A stretch of 40,000 bases of DNA from an uncultured Alphaproteobacteria bacterium (GCA_963798805.1 CAWCVC010000004.1:1-40000), one strand, 5' to 3'. Positions 10,841-20,202 are shown, counted from the stretch's first letter. Notes: generated by a model from the sequence alone, not told the origin. Numbers and translations: made by a program.

Positions 10841-12055
10841 TTAGCCTGCCGAAAACACCTCAAGCTTCCGGCCATCGCGAAGGGCATCCAGATAGTCGGC
10901 GTACCATTGAAGCATACTGCGTCGGCCTGTGAGATATTGAGCGGCATTGTAAGCGCCGCGAATCTTATTGGCTTCGTCGTGCGCTAATTGCCGCTCAATC
11001 CAATCGGGATGGAATCCGTTCTCGTTCAAAACGGTAGAGGCGACGCCCCTGAAACCGTGAACGGTTGCGCGGGAATGATGGCCCATTCGGTACAATGCGT
11101 AGAGCATGGTGTTTTCGCTCATGCCGCCTTTCTTCCCGCCGGATGGGAACAGGTAGGTGCCGTAACCGGTCAGCGGACGCAATGCATTAAGAATCTCGAC
11201 GGCCTGATGCGGTAGGGGAACTAGATGCTCCCGGGGCATTTTCATGCGTGAGGCAGGTATACGCCATAGAGGGGCATCGCCGCCCAGGTCTTCAAACTCC
11301 CGCCATTCCGCGCCGCGCAGCTCTTTCGTTCTAACCATCGTTAAAATGATCAGCCTAAGAGCCAGACGGGTTGTGACCTCGCCATCATAGGCTTCAAGTT
11401 GCCGAAGGAATGCGGGAAGCTCGCTGCGAGACATGGTCTTTTGATGCTGCACCGGCGGCGCTGCCTTCAGTGCGCCGCGAAGGTCCGCTGAAGGATCGCG
11501 CCGCGCCCGGCCGCTGGCAATCGCAAAGCGAAATATCTGCCCGCAGTGTTCCCGAAGGCGTTTGGTGATGTCATGCGCCCCGCGCCCCTCGACCTTGCGA
11601 AGCACGTCCAGCAGCTCCGGCGGCTCGATTGCCGCAACGGGCTGTTTGCCAATATAGGGAAAAATATCGCGTTCCAGCCGACGGATGATTCGCCCAGCGT
11701 GTTCCGGCGTCCATCGGTGAAGCTGGGCTTTATGCCATTCCCGCGCCATTGCTTCGAACGAGTTCTCGACCGCCAGGCGCAGCGCAGCCTTCTCAGCTTT
11801 GCGCGCCACTCCCGGATCAACGCCTTGCGCAAGCTGCTCTTTCGCTGCTTCACGGGCCTTCCGCGCGGCAGCAAGGCCGGTAGTCGGATATATGCCCATG
11901 GCTAGCGTCTTCTGCTTGCCAGCGAAGCGGTACGAGAACCGCCAAAGCCTTTTTCCGTCCGGCTGAATCAGAATAAAAAGACCGCCGCCATCAGCTTTCT
12001 TAAAGGGTTTAGGCGCGCCTTTCGGCTTGCGCAGGTAGGTGTCGGTCAGCGGCAT
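10841..12055 (-). CDS. Tyrosine recombinase/integrase, P4-type with DUF4102 N-terminal domain
   Basis: N-terminus MPLTDTYLRKPK..KPFKKADGGGLFILIQPDGKRLWRFSYRFAGKQKTLAMGIYP. Catalytic residues: VRTKELR, HGFRGV, LAHDE, RGAYNAAQY. ATG 12055 is preferred over the TTG at 12121 because GAGAGGAA lies about 8 nt upstream. Confidence 0.9.
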   Translation of the reverse strand: MPLTDTYLRKPKGAPKPFKKADGGGLFILIQPDGKRLWRFSYRFAGKQKTLAMGIYPTTGLAAARKAREAAKEQLAQGVDPGVARKAEKAALRLAVENSFEAMAREWHKAQLHRWTPEHAGRIIRRLERDIFPYIGKQPVAAIEPPELLDVLRKVEGRGAHDITKRLREHCGQIFRFAIASGRARRDPSADLRGALKAAPPVQHQKTMSRSELPAFLRQLEAYDGEVTTRLALRLIILTMVRTKELRGAEWREFEDLGGDAPLWRIPASRMKMPREHLVPLPHQAVEILNALRPLTGYGTYLFPSGGKKGGMSENTMLYALYRMGHHSRATVHGFRGVASTVLNENGFHPDWIERQLAHDEANKIRGAYNAAQYLTGRRSMLQWYADYLDALRDGRKLEVFSAG

Positions 12056-12378
12056 GTTGGTATTCCTCTCGCCCGGCAATGTCGGTACCAAAGGATCTAC
12101 CAACGAATGCGTTGGTTTCAATGAGAAAAGATGAAACGGATTATGGGCAAAATATCCCGTTTTCTCTATGATTTACATGAGATTAAGAGACTTATTGAGA
12201 CGTCGAGAAACAGGTAATGGTGCCGCAAGAGGGCACCAAACTGGCTTCTCACCGCATCGCTTCAAATCTCTTGAAATATCATAATTATTAGGTTTTACAG
12301 ACAGGTTAGCGTCTCTTCTTGTCTCCGCCCGTCGCTTCGCATAACATCCAAGCAACCGCTTTTGATATGGGCTGAAGT

Positions 12379-13539
12379 ATGGGCAAGTTGACCGATGTGC
12401 GGGTGCGAAAGACCGCGCAGACAGGACTGCACAATGATGGATATGGTCTCTATCTGAAGGTGACGGATGGTGACGCGCGGTCCTGGATTTTCCGGTTCAA
12501 GATCGGCGGCCGAACACGCGATATGGGGCTCGGGCCTTATCCTGAAATTTCGCTCGCCGATGCCCGTGAGAAGGCTGCTGATGCCAGAAAGCTGACACGA
12601 CAGGGCATCGACCCAATCGAAGCTCGCAGAGCTGACGGCGGGGCCGCGAAAGGGATGACCTTCGACAAGGCGGCTGCGGCCTACATCCAGGCTCACAAAG
12701 CGGGCTGGCGCGGCGCGCGAACGGCGCATCGCTGGCAATCAGAGCTGGAGCGCTACGCCTACCCTGCTTTCGGTAAGCGCGACGTGGCCACCGTCACCGT
12801 TGATGATGTACTGCGGATCCTTGCGCCGATCTGGACGACAAAGAACGAGACAGCATCAAAGGTCCGTGAGCGGATTGAAGCCGTGCTGGATTGGGCAGCG
12901 GCTAAGGGCTACCGCTCTGGCGTGAACCCGGCAATGTGGCGCGGGAATCTAAAACATCTCTTGCCAGCCCGCGCCAAGGTTCACACAGTCCGACATCATC
13001 CCGCCCTGCCGTGGCAGGAGCTGCCTGCCTTCATGGCCGATCTGCGCGGCCGTGACGCGCTTGCGGCCAGGGCATTGGAGACCACCATCTTGACGGCATG
13101 CCGCACGAGCGAAGTTCTGAATGCGGATCGTTCTGAATTGAATGGCGATCTATGGGTGATACCGGCCGAGCGAATGAAGGCGCGAAAGGAGCATCGCGTG
13201 CCGCTCTCCACTCAGGCTTTCACAATCATTTCATCGCTGCCATGTATTGCGGGCAATAGCTACGTCTTTCCCGGTCATCGTGACGGTCGTTCGCTGTCGG
13301 GCATGGCCATGGAGATGCTTCTGCGGCGCATGGGCCGCAGCGACATCACCGTGCACGGCTTTCGTTCCACGTTCCGCGACTGGGCAGCCGAAGCAACCGA
13401 TTTTCCTAGAGAAATTAGTGAATTGTGCTTGGCGCATGAAGTTGGCAATGAGGTTGAGCGCGCCTACCGGCGAAGTGACCTGCTGCTTAAACGTAGGGGA
13501 CTGATGCAGAAATGGGCTGATTATTGCTATCAGAAATAG
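12379..13539 (+). CDS. Tyrosine recombinase/integrase, P4-type with DUF4102 N-terminal domain (second copy, divergent)
   Basis: N-terminus MGKLTDVRVRKTAQTGLHNDGYGLYLKVTDGDARSWIFRFKIGGRTRDMGLGPYP. Catalytic residues: CRTSEVL, HGFRSTFRDW, LAHEVGNEVERAYRRSD. Intact at 386 aa. Confidence 0.9.
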   Translation: MGKLTDVRVRKTAQTGLHNDGYGLYLKVTDGDARSWIFRFKIGGRTRDMGLGPYPEISLADAREKAADARKLTRQGIDPIEARRADGGAAKGMTFDKAAAAYIQAHKAGWRGARTAHRWQSELERYAYPAFGKRDVATVTVDDVLRILAPIWTTKNETASKVRERIEAVLDWAAAKGYRSGVNPAMWRGNLKHLLPARAKVHTVRHHPALPWQELPAFMADLRGRDALAARALETTILTACRTSEVLNADRSELNGDLWVIPAERMKARKEHRVPLSTQAFTIISSLPCIAGNSYVFPGHRDGRSLSGMAMEMLLRRMGRSDITVHGFRSTFRDWAAEATDFPREISELCLAHEVGNEVERAYRRSDLLLKRRGLMQKWADYCYQK

Positions 13540-13545
13540 GTCGAA

Positions 13546-13615
13546 GTGTTTAAACACTGGTTTCGAATTTTAATTCAAGATATTTATACGACTATATTAT
13601 CGAGTGCTTAAGCAC
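13546..13615. promoter_or_regulatory. Pair of perfect 12-bp palindromes GTGnTTAAnCAC
   Basis: GTGTTTAAACAC is at 13546-13557 and GTGCTTAAGCAC at 13604-13615. Centres are 58 bp apart, flanking an AT-rich spacer, directly after the integrase stop and upstream of fic. Function unknown. Confidence 0.3.
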
Positions 13616-13681
13616 GATCTTTAGGGACCTTGAGCGCCGTCACGGCTGGCTCCGCCCCCTCTAATTTGCGAAAATGGTAGG

Positions 13682-13809
13682 AACTGGCTAAGAAACTGGG
13701 TAAGGAACTGGCTGAAACTGGGGTGATTCCGAGACCTCAAACGGCTATATTATTGATTTCCCTTCCAACAAGAGACAGCCTGTGACGGAAAAACTGGCAA
13801 AAAAACTGG
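13682..13809 (+). repeat. Phased AACTGG hexamer repeats
   Basis: AACTGG occurs at 13682, 13694, 13706 and 13716 (spacing 12, 12, 10 bp) and again at 13792 and 13804 (spacing 12 bp). All copies are on the same strand. Confidence 0.35.
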
Positions 13810-15048
13810 ATAAAAAACCGGCGAAGAGACAAACGGTCAAAGCCGCCCCGGCCGACCGCGGCGAACTCGTCTCCAGCATGGAGCCGATGCTTATCTCCAC
13901 GGAGTCACGGCACCGCGGGCGCCTCAACGAGTTGGTGTTCGAGCTTAATACCGCCGCTACCCAGCTCCGAACCAGCCTGCCCGACGGCATGGTCGCAGCC
14001 ATCTGCGATGTCGTGCGCTCGATGAACTGCTATTACAGCAACCTCATTGAAGGCCACTACACGCACCCAGTCGATATCGAACGAGCGCTTGCTGGAGACT
14101 ACAGCGAGGACAAGGAAAAACGCAATTTGCAGAAAGAGGCCAAAGCGCACATCGCCACCCAGCGCTGGATCGACGAAGGCGCGCTCGCCAGCAAGGCGGC
14201 CACCGTCCAAGCCGTGCTCGACGTCCACAGGCGCTTTGAATGTGCTCTGCCCCCTGACTTGCTCTGGGTCGAGGAACCCGGAACTGGACGGCGCGAGGCG
14301 GTCATCCCGGGCGAGTTGCGTCACAGTGATGTGCGGGTCGGCCAGCATATCGCGATCAGCCCGGGCGCTGTGCCGCGCTTCCTCAAGCGCTGGGAGGACG
14401 CCTATGCCCGGCTCGGCAAATCGGAGACGGTCCTGCAGGCCGCCGCGGCGCATCATCGCTCTGCTCTGGATCCACCCCTTCTCCGACGGCAATGGCCGGG
14501 TCGCGCGGCTGATCTCCTACGCTATGCTACTCGAAGCGCTGAACAGTGGTGGGATCTGGTCGATTGCGCGAGGCTTGGCCCGCAAGCAGGACGAATACAA
14601 AGCGCATCTGGCCAGTTGCGATCTGCAGCGCCGTAACGACCTCGACGGCCGCGGCAATCTCAGCGAGGAGGAGCTCGCCTCCTTTTCCGCCTTCTTCCTA
14701 GAGACTTGCCTGGATCAGGTGAAATTCATGGCTGAACTCATGCAACCGGGGGCCCTGCGCAAGCGTGTGCTCGACTGGGCCAGAGGCGAAGAGCAGGTTG
14801 GCAGCCTGATGCAAAGCAGCACCAAGATCCTCGCCCATATCCTTACCCACCGCGAGTTGGAGCGCAAAGATATGCCTGAGGTTACTGGCTTCAAGATGGA
14901 CAAGGCGCGCCGGGTTGCCGCGCTCCTTAACAAGCGCGGGATCATTAAATCCGACACGCACAAGTCGCCGTTTCGAATTGCATTTCCGGCGGAGCTCGCG
15001 CCTGGGCTTTTGCCCGGCCTCTATCCGACACTGCCGCAGCGCACTTGA
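13782..15048 (+). pseudogene. Class-II Fic (AMPylase-type) family protein; one frameshift just before the catalytic motif
   Basis: ORF 13782..14636 carries MEPMLIST..., the inhibitory-helix motif SNLIEG ([S/T]xxxE[G/N]) and AAAAHHR. The frame breaks near 14455-14465. ORF 14047..15048 continues with LLWIHPFSDGNGRVARL (HPFxDGNGRxxR). Deleting one nt after CGC at 14457-14459 would give HHRLLWIHPF. The start could be GTG 13782 or ATG 13878. Confidence 0.8.
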
Positions 15049-15113
15049 CCGCTCTCACCTTGCCACTTGCATCGGCGAAGATTTTATTCCGCCGTCAAGG
15101 CGCGCGGAGAAAC

Positions 15114-15353
15114 CATAGCGTCGGCACGGTGCGGGCGGTGCGCATCCACAAGACCTATGGCGCTGACGCCATTCCACTGGTCAGGGAGGATCGCTATCTG
15201 CTGGCCCGTGAGATTCGCGGCGTCGGCTTCCGCACCGCCCATCAACTGGCGGCAAAGCTCGGCATCCGGAAGGATTCGGTGTTGCGGGCGCGAGCCGGCA
15301 TTTCTGATGCACTCATCGAGGTGGTCGCCAATCGAGATTGCGGCCCGCTTCAA
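15114..15353 (+). pseudogene. RecD2-like helicase fragment (helix-hairpin-helix region only)
   Basis: GTVRAVRIHKTYGADAIPLVREDRYLLAREIRGVGFRTAHQLAAKLGIRKDSVLRARAGISDAL matches the conserved RAVRIYKTYG..NPYRLA.DI.GIGFKTAD.LA..LGI..DS..RA.AG block of RecD-like helicases. No ATPase domain follows. Confidence 0.6.
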
Positions 15354-15716
15354 GCAACAGTGCCCTCGCAGGTTCTTCTGGGAGGAAGGAACCGCAGCAG
15401 GAGTGGTATCGCGCACTTGCCAAAAGCACCTACCAGAGGACACGTGTCTAGCGACTCATAGCCGAGCGCAAGCCGTATCAAGTTCTACAGTTTTTGTACG
15501 AACAAATTCGCTCAATGCACCAAAACTGCGCCCGCTCTGCCACAGCCGCAAAACGCATAATTGGCCGTGGACGATTGGGCCAGACACCCATTTTCTCGTA
15601 AGCTGCGGATTAGACATCGTGCTAGCGTCCCGCAAAGTCGAGCTTAGCAGCGCTCTCCCTCATAGATTCAGCAGTCTTTGGGCCACCAAAGGCGACAGTT
15701 TTTGGAGAGGTACCGC

Positions 15717-16673
15717 ATGAGTAGCGCAGTTACTGAGGCGGAGAACGATAAGCTCGCTAATGCATTGCTGGTTCCCTGCACAAGCAGGAAATCGGTGCGT
15801 CCTGCACCCGAAGCGTGCGCAGTTTCATTGCCAAAGACTTGTCAACAGGGTGTTGAAACTGCTTGGTTGAGTCGCCTTAGCACCTTACCGGTTCGGCTAC
15901 CTGCGGGAGCGCTTTACGCGGGTCGAGGTTTTCACTTAGCCCGCCAAACTGCCAAAGCGTCTGGCGCCGCCCTCTACGCGGTGTCTGCCGGCTTAGGTCT
16001 GGTTGCAGCTGAACGGATCGTCCCTGCCTACGGCCTTACCATAGATGGACGCAGTCCTGAGAGCTTAACTGGCCGGGTCAGCGGCCTGTTTGATGCAACG
16101 GCTTGGTGGCGGGCTATTAGTTCAGGTCCATTTGCAACACAGTTGAGCGAACTGTTTGGCGGGGAAGTTGGGACACCGGTACTCGTAGCCCTTACCCGAC
16201 CATACGCACGAATGTTAGCTCCGGCGCTCGATGCCATACCAGATGTAGCCGTTGCTTATCTCAGAATTGTTGGCGTCAAGCTCGACGTGCTTCTGCCGCA
16301 GCGCCTGTCATCGCAATTGTTGCCCTACGATGAGCGCCTCGAGACAATTCTGCCAGGAACACGCGCCGACTTTCCCCAACGGGCTATCGCGCATTTTGTC
16401 AAGGAGGTGCTGCGTGCCCACCCAGACGCCGACGCGGCCGAGCACCGCCACTGGGTCGAGATGACGCTCGCTGGACGAAGTGCGCCCCAGCGCCGGCAAC
16501 GCCTGCGGCTTTCCGATAACGAGATTGTGCGGCTCATCGAGCGGCACCTGCCGGAGACAAGTGCGATTGGCCGTCTCCTGCGTATCATTCGGGATGAGGA
16601 GGGCGTCGCGTGTGAGCAGACACGTTTTACGAGGTTGTATCGCGCCACGATCGAACGGAGGGCCGCAGCATGA
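15717..16673 (+). CDS. First gene of the dpd modification operon; DpdC-like candidate (YaaA/DUF328- or DUF6884-like pattern)
   Basis: 318 aa, with RBS GGAGAGG upstream of ATG 15717. LLVPCTSRK...LPAGALYAGRGFHLARQ...LYAVSAGLGLVAAERIVPAYGLTI resembles the xxCxxxK...A..lY.g..f...ilSA.yGLv.p...i.pYd.t pattern. The stop overlaps the next start (ATGA). The assignment rests on position and motif only. Confidence 0.45.
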   Translation: MSSAVTEAENDKLANALLVPCTSRKSVRPAPEACAVSLPKTCQQGVETAWLSRLSTLPVRLPAGALYAGRGFHLARQTAKASGAALYAVSAGLGLVAAERIVPAYGLTIDGRSPESLTGRVSGLFDATAWWRAISSGPFATQLSELFGGEVGTPVLVALTRPYARMLAPALDAIPDVAVAYLRIVGVKLDVLLPQRLSSQLLPYDERLETILPGTRADFPQRAIAHFVKEVLRAHPDADAAEHRHWVEMTLAGRSAPQRRQRLRLSDNEIVRLIERHLPETSAIGRLLRIIRDEEGVACEQTRFTRLYRATIERRAAA

Positions 16674-17812
16674 CCCGCCGAAAGCCTGGCGATGACCCGA
16701 CGCTCGCAGTCCGCGCACTACGGACCCACCAAGCCGACAATGTGGATGTCTACGCCTTCTTCATCCCCGGCGCTGATCTCCTCCGCATTGCCGAGATCAG
16801 CCGCGTCCATCGAGATGCCGAAGGAGCATTGCATGGGTTTCAGCGCAAAGAAATCCGCAATCACGTGCAGGCGATTGTCGAATTCCTCGACCAAGGCCCG
16901 GTGCTCTTCCCGAACGCTATCATTCTTGCAATCTCACCTCGCGCAACCTTTACCTGCAGCCGCGGGAGTAAGCCTGAGGGCGACGTGAGGGCCTCGGAGG
17001 CTGGGACACTGCGCGTCCCGATTCCTCGAGATGGGTCGAAAGCTGCATGGATCGTCGATGGGCAACAGCGTTCGATTGCGCTGGCTCAGGTGCGCAACAA
17101 GAGCTTCCCCGTTCCGGTTGTCGCCTTCGTGTCCGAGGATCTCTCGGTCCACCGCGAACAGTTCATTCTTGTCAACAAGGCCCGCCCACTCCCGCCGCGC
17201 CTTATCAACGAACTCCTCCCAGAGGTCCAAGCGGATCTCCCACGCGACCTGGCGCCAAGGAAGATACCGAGCGAACTCGTCAACCTGCTCAACACGGCGC
17301 TGGACTCGCCATTTCGTGGGCTGATCCGGCGTCCCTCCGATGACAACTCAGACGCCATTGTCATCGACAGTGCGCTAATCAAGGTAATCCGCAGCAGCAT
17401 GAACAGTCCGCTTGGTGCACTTGCGCCCTACAAGGCGTCGCCATCGCGCCCTGCCGACCATGCGGCGATGTACCGCGTGCTCGTCGCATTTTGGGGTGCC
17501 GTGCGCGAAGCCTTTCCAAACGCCTGGGGGCGTCCGCCTACCGAAAGCCGGCTAATGCATTCGGCGGGAATCGAAGCCATGGGCTTTCTGATGGACCGCA
17601 TCATGTCGCGCGCCGCCGGCAACAGCGACCTGCGACGACACGCGATAGAAGCCCTCGCGCGAATCGCGCCGCACTGCCATTGGACGAGTGGACGTTGGCC
17701 CGACCTCGAGCGAGATTGGAACGATATTCAAAATGTCAGCCGGGATATCCGGCTGCTCTCCGACCAGTTGGCGCGCCTCGATCATGCGCATGCCTTCGCA
17801 AAGGTGGCCTGA
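16670..17812 (+). CDS. dpdB: DGQHR-domain (DndB/ParB-like) protein, DpdB family
   Basis: 380 aa. Motifs: AWIVDGQQRSIALAQV (DGQHR-type motif, here DGQQR), QFILVNKARPLP and SRLMHSAGIEAMG. It lies immediately upstream of dpdA with a 1-nt stop/start overlap (TGATG). Confidence 0.8.
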   Translation: MTRRKPGDDPTLAVRALRTHQADNVDVYAFFIPGADLLRIAEISRVHRDAEGALHGFQRKEIRNHVQAIVEFLDQGPVLFPNAIILAISPRATFTCSRGSKPEGDVRASEAGTLRVPIPRDGSKAAWIVDGQQRSIALAQVRNKSFPVPVVAFVSEDLSVHREQFILVNKARPLPPRLINELLPEVQADLPRDLAPRKIPSELVNLLNTALDSPFRGLIRRPSDDNSDAIVIDSALIKVIRSSMNSPLGALAPYKASPSRPADHAAMYRVLVAFWGAVREAFPNAWGRPPTESRLMHSAGIEAMGFLMDRIMSRAAGNSDLRRHAIEALARIAPHCHWTSGRWPDLERDWNDIQNVSRDIRLLSDQLARLDHAHAFAKVA

Positions 17813-19101
17813 TGAAGTTTGTGTTCGCCGACAGTCTCGACTTCGTCGACCCTTGCTACGACTTCGTGGCTGATCGAAATGGCGCGCGGCGTGCTGTTCA
17901 TCGAGATGACCAGTTCCCACACGAGTTTCTCGATGAGGCCCCCTATGACGGTATCCTAGTTTCTCGCGGGATTGTGGGGGACGCCCTTATCCCAGGGAAG
18001 TATACGGAAGCACAACTGATGCGCTTTCGTCGGGAAGGCGCTCGGCGTTTCTTGCGCTATTCCGAGGAACGCTTTCCAGGCAGCATGATGATGGGGGATT
18101 GCGGAGCGTTCACGTATCGGAACATGCCTGAACCTCCATACCGGGCGGAGGATACCGTTGAGTTCTATGCCGATGGGGGCTTCAGCCACGGTTGTTCACC
18201 AGACCATCTGATTTTCGATTTCGATGACGCTGACCAAGAGCGCTCCACGACCGATATACCGAAGGAGACACTGAAACGCTTCGAGATCACGCTTCAAAAT
18301 GCGACAGAATTTTTCCAGGCCGCAAAACGGCTCGGGCAGCGGTTCACTCCTATGGGGGTCATCCAGGGGTGGTCGGCATCCAGCATGGCCTCTGCGGCAG
18401 CGGATCTCGCCCGCATAGGTTACGACTATCTGGCGGTCGGCGGAACGGTTCCGCTCAAGATTGAACAACTCCGCCGGGCGTTGGCTGCGATACGCGAGGC
18501 ACTACCATCGAACGTTTGCTTGCACGTGCTTGGGTTTGGAAAGATCGAGAACCTTGCCGACCTGGAGCAGTACGGCGTTGGGAGTTTTGACACGACGTCA
18601 CCGCTTGTGCGTGCCTTCAAAGACGCTCGCAAGAACTACTGGATGCGGAGCCCTGAGGGTGACCTATCCTACTACACCGCGATCCGCATTCCGCAAGCCA
18701 TCGAGAACAACCGTCTGAAGCATAAGGCGCTCGAAGGGCGGCTCAACCAGGAAGAAATGAAGCTTCTAGAGGACGCCGCTCTCGGCGGCGTACGGCGGTT
18801 GGCACGAGGCGAAGCTGATCTCGACGAGGCGCTTGACGCGGTTATGGCCTATTGGAAGCTACTCAACTGGGAGGATGAAGCCTCTCCGTCTCGCCGCGCC
18901 GAAATCCTGGAACGGCAGCGGCGCTCCTACGCCCGCACGCTCGCCGACCGTCCGTGGGAGGCATGCGACTGCCGCGTATGCCGGGAGGGCGGCATCGAGG
19001 CCCTGATCTTCCGAAGCTCTAACCGAAACAAGCGACGCGGTATGCATAACCTCCATGTCTTCCATCGCCACCTGCGTGATTTCCGGGCGGAGGTCGCATG
19101 A
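17812..19101 (+). CDS. dpdA: DpdA, DNA-guanine transglycosylase (TGT superfamily, TgtA5-like)
   Basis: 429 aa. MKFVFADSLDFVDPCYDF, GDCGAF and a TGT-type Zn site CDCRVC...H (WEACDCRVCREGGIEALIFRSSNRNKRRGMHNLHVF). The gene is flanked by DGQHR genes and followed by queE, queD and queC. Confidence 0.85.
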   Translation: MKFVFADSLDFVDPCYDFVADRNGARRAVHRDDQFPHEFLDEAPYDGILVSRGIVGDALIPGKYTEAQLMRFRREGARRFLRYSEERFPGSMMMGDCGAFTYRNMPEPPYRAEDTVEFYADGGFSHGCSPDHLIFDFDDADQERSTTDIPKETLKRFEITLQNATEFFQAAKRLGQRFTPMGVIQGWSASSMASAAADLARIGYDYLAVGGTVPLKIEQLRRALAAIREALPSNVCLHVLGFGKIENLADLEQYGVGSFDTTSPLVRAFKDARKNYWMRSPEGDLSYYTAIRIPQAIENNRLKHKALEGRLNQEEMKLLEDAALGGVRRLARGEADLDEALDAVMAYWKLLNWEDEASPSRRAEILERQRRSYARTLADRPWEACDCRVCREGGIEALIFRSSNRNKRRGMHNLHVFHRHLRDFRAEVA

Positions 19102-20198
19102 GTCCGACCCGCCTACTTCACTATGACGTAATTGTTCCGCAGCAGAGCGAACGACTGCCGGTCTTCACCTTCGCGGCGAGGGCGACCGATGTCGCGCGCT
19201 TCGCGCGGATTGAGCGGGCTGGCCGCGATGAGGGTGGCATACTGAAGGGCTTCCAGCGCCCGCAAATCGCCGGACATATCCGCGAGATCAGGGACTACCT
19301 CGAAAAGCCGACCGCAATCCTTCCGAATCCCATCGTTGTCGCTTTCACCGGCGCCGCTGTACTTGAGCCGCTGCTGCCGCTCCACGGTGGCAACGGCGGC
19401 AGGTTTGGCAGGCTCACCATCGACGTGGGTGGCGGCCCGCCGGGCTGGATTGTCGATGGCCAGCAGCGTTTCACTGCGCTCAGCGAACTGCGTGGATGCG
19501 CCTTCGAGGTTCTTGTTTCGGGCTTTATTTGTGACAGCCTAGAGGAACTTCAGAAGCAGTTCATTCTGATCAACAACACCCGCCCGCTACCCAAGGCGCT
19601 CGTTTATGAGCTTCTGCCGCAGGTTAGCGACCTGCCACAGCGCTTGTCGAATCGTAGCCAGGCTGCATTGATGACTGAAGCACTCAACTTCCGGCCCGGC
19701 TCATCGCTACGGGGCCTCATCCGACAGCAAACGAACCCGAAAGGGATCATCCGAGACACGGTTCTTCAGCGCGTGCTTATGAACTCCCTAAGCGATGGCG
19801 CACTCCGCCTCCACGCAGACGACAACCGTTTGCTACTCGAGCGTGGGGTTAACCTCATCAGCGAGTTCTTCCACGCCGTAAAACACGTCTTCGAGGAGGA
19901 CTGGGAAGGGAAGACGCCGAAAACATCACGGCTAGTGCACGGCACAGGCATCATCGCGATGGGCTATGTTATGGAAGCGCTGCACATCATGACTGGTGCC
20001 GAGGAACGCGATGCTTTCGCCCGGGGTCTTCGGCTCTTGAAGGGACGAACCGCCTGGAGTTCCGGCGAGTGGGTGTTCGGCGACGAGCGCCGACGCTGGA
20101 ACGGCCTGCAGAACGTACCGTCCGATATCCGGCAGCTATCACTATACCTCGTCGGAGAACTCAAGCGGTCGCTGCCAAAAACTGCCGAGGCAGCGTGA
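19098..20198 (+). CDS. Second DGQHR-domain protein (DpdB paralogue)
   Basis: 366 aa and collinear with the 16670..17812 product. Shared blocks: GWIVDGQQRFTALSEL, QFILINNTRPLP, SRLVHGTGIIAMG, WNGLQNVPSDIRQL. ATGA overlap with the dpdA stop. Confidence 0.8.
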   Translation: MSPTRLLHYDVIVPQQSERLPVFTFAARATDVARFARIERAGRDEGGILKGFQRPQIAGHIREIRDYLEKPTAILPNPIVVAFTGAAVLEPLLPLHGGNGGRFGRLTIDVGGGPPGWIVDGQQRFTALSELRGCAFEVLVSGFICDSLEELQKQFILINNTRPLPKALVYELLPQVSDLPQRLSNRSQAALMTEALNFRPGSSLRGLIRQQTNPKGIIRDTVLQRVLMNSLSDGALRLHADDNRLLLERGVNLISEFFHAVKHVFEEDWEGKTPKTSRLVHGTGIIAMGYVMEALHIMTGAEERDAFARGLRLLKGRTAWSSGEWVFGDERRRWNGLQNVPSDIRQLSLYLVGELKRSLPKTAEAA

Positions 20199-20202
20199 TA
20201 TC

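Noticed and set aside
12218-12238. Hairpin TGGTGCC-GCAAGAG-GGCACCA, which ends in GCACCA on both strands like a tRNA 3' end.
   Set aside because: No T-loop or any other tRNA element adjoins it. I treat it as an inverted repeat (possible operator) in the integrase spacer, not a tRNA.
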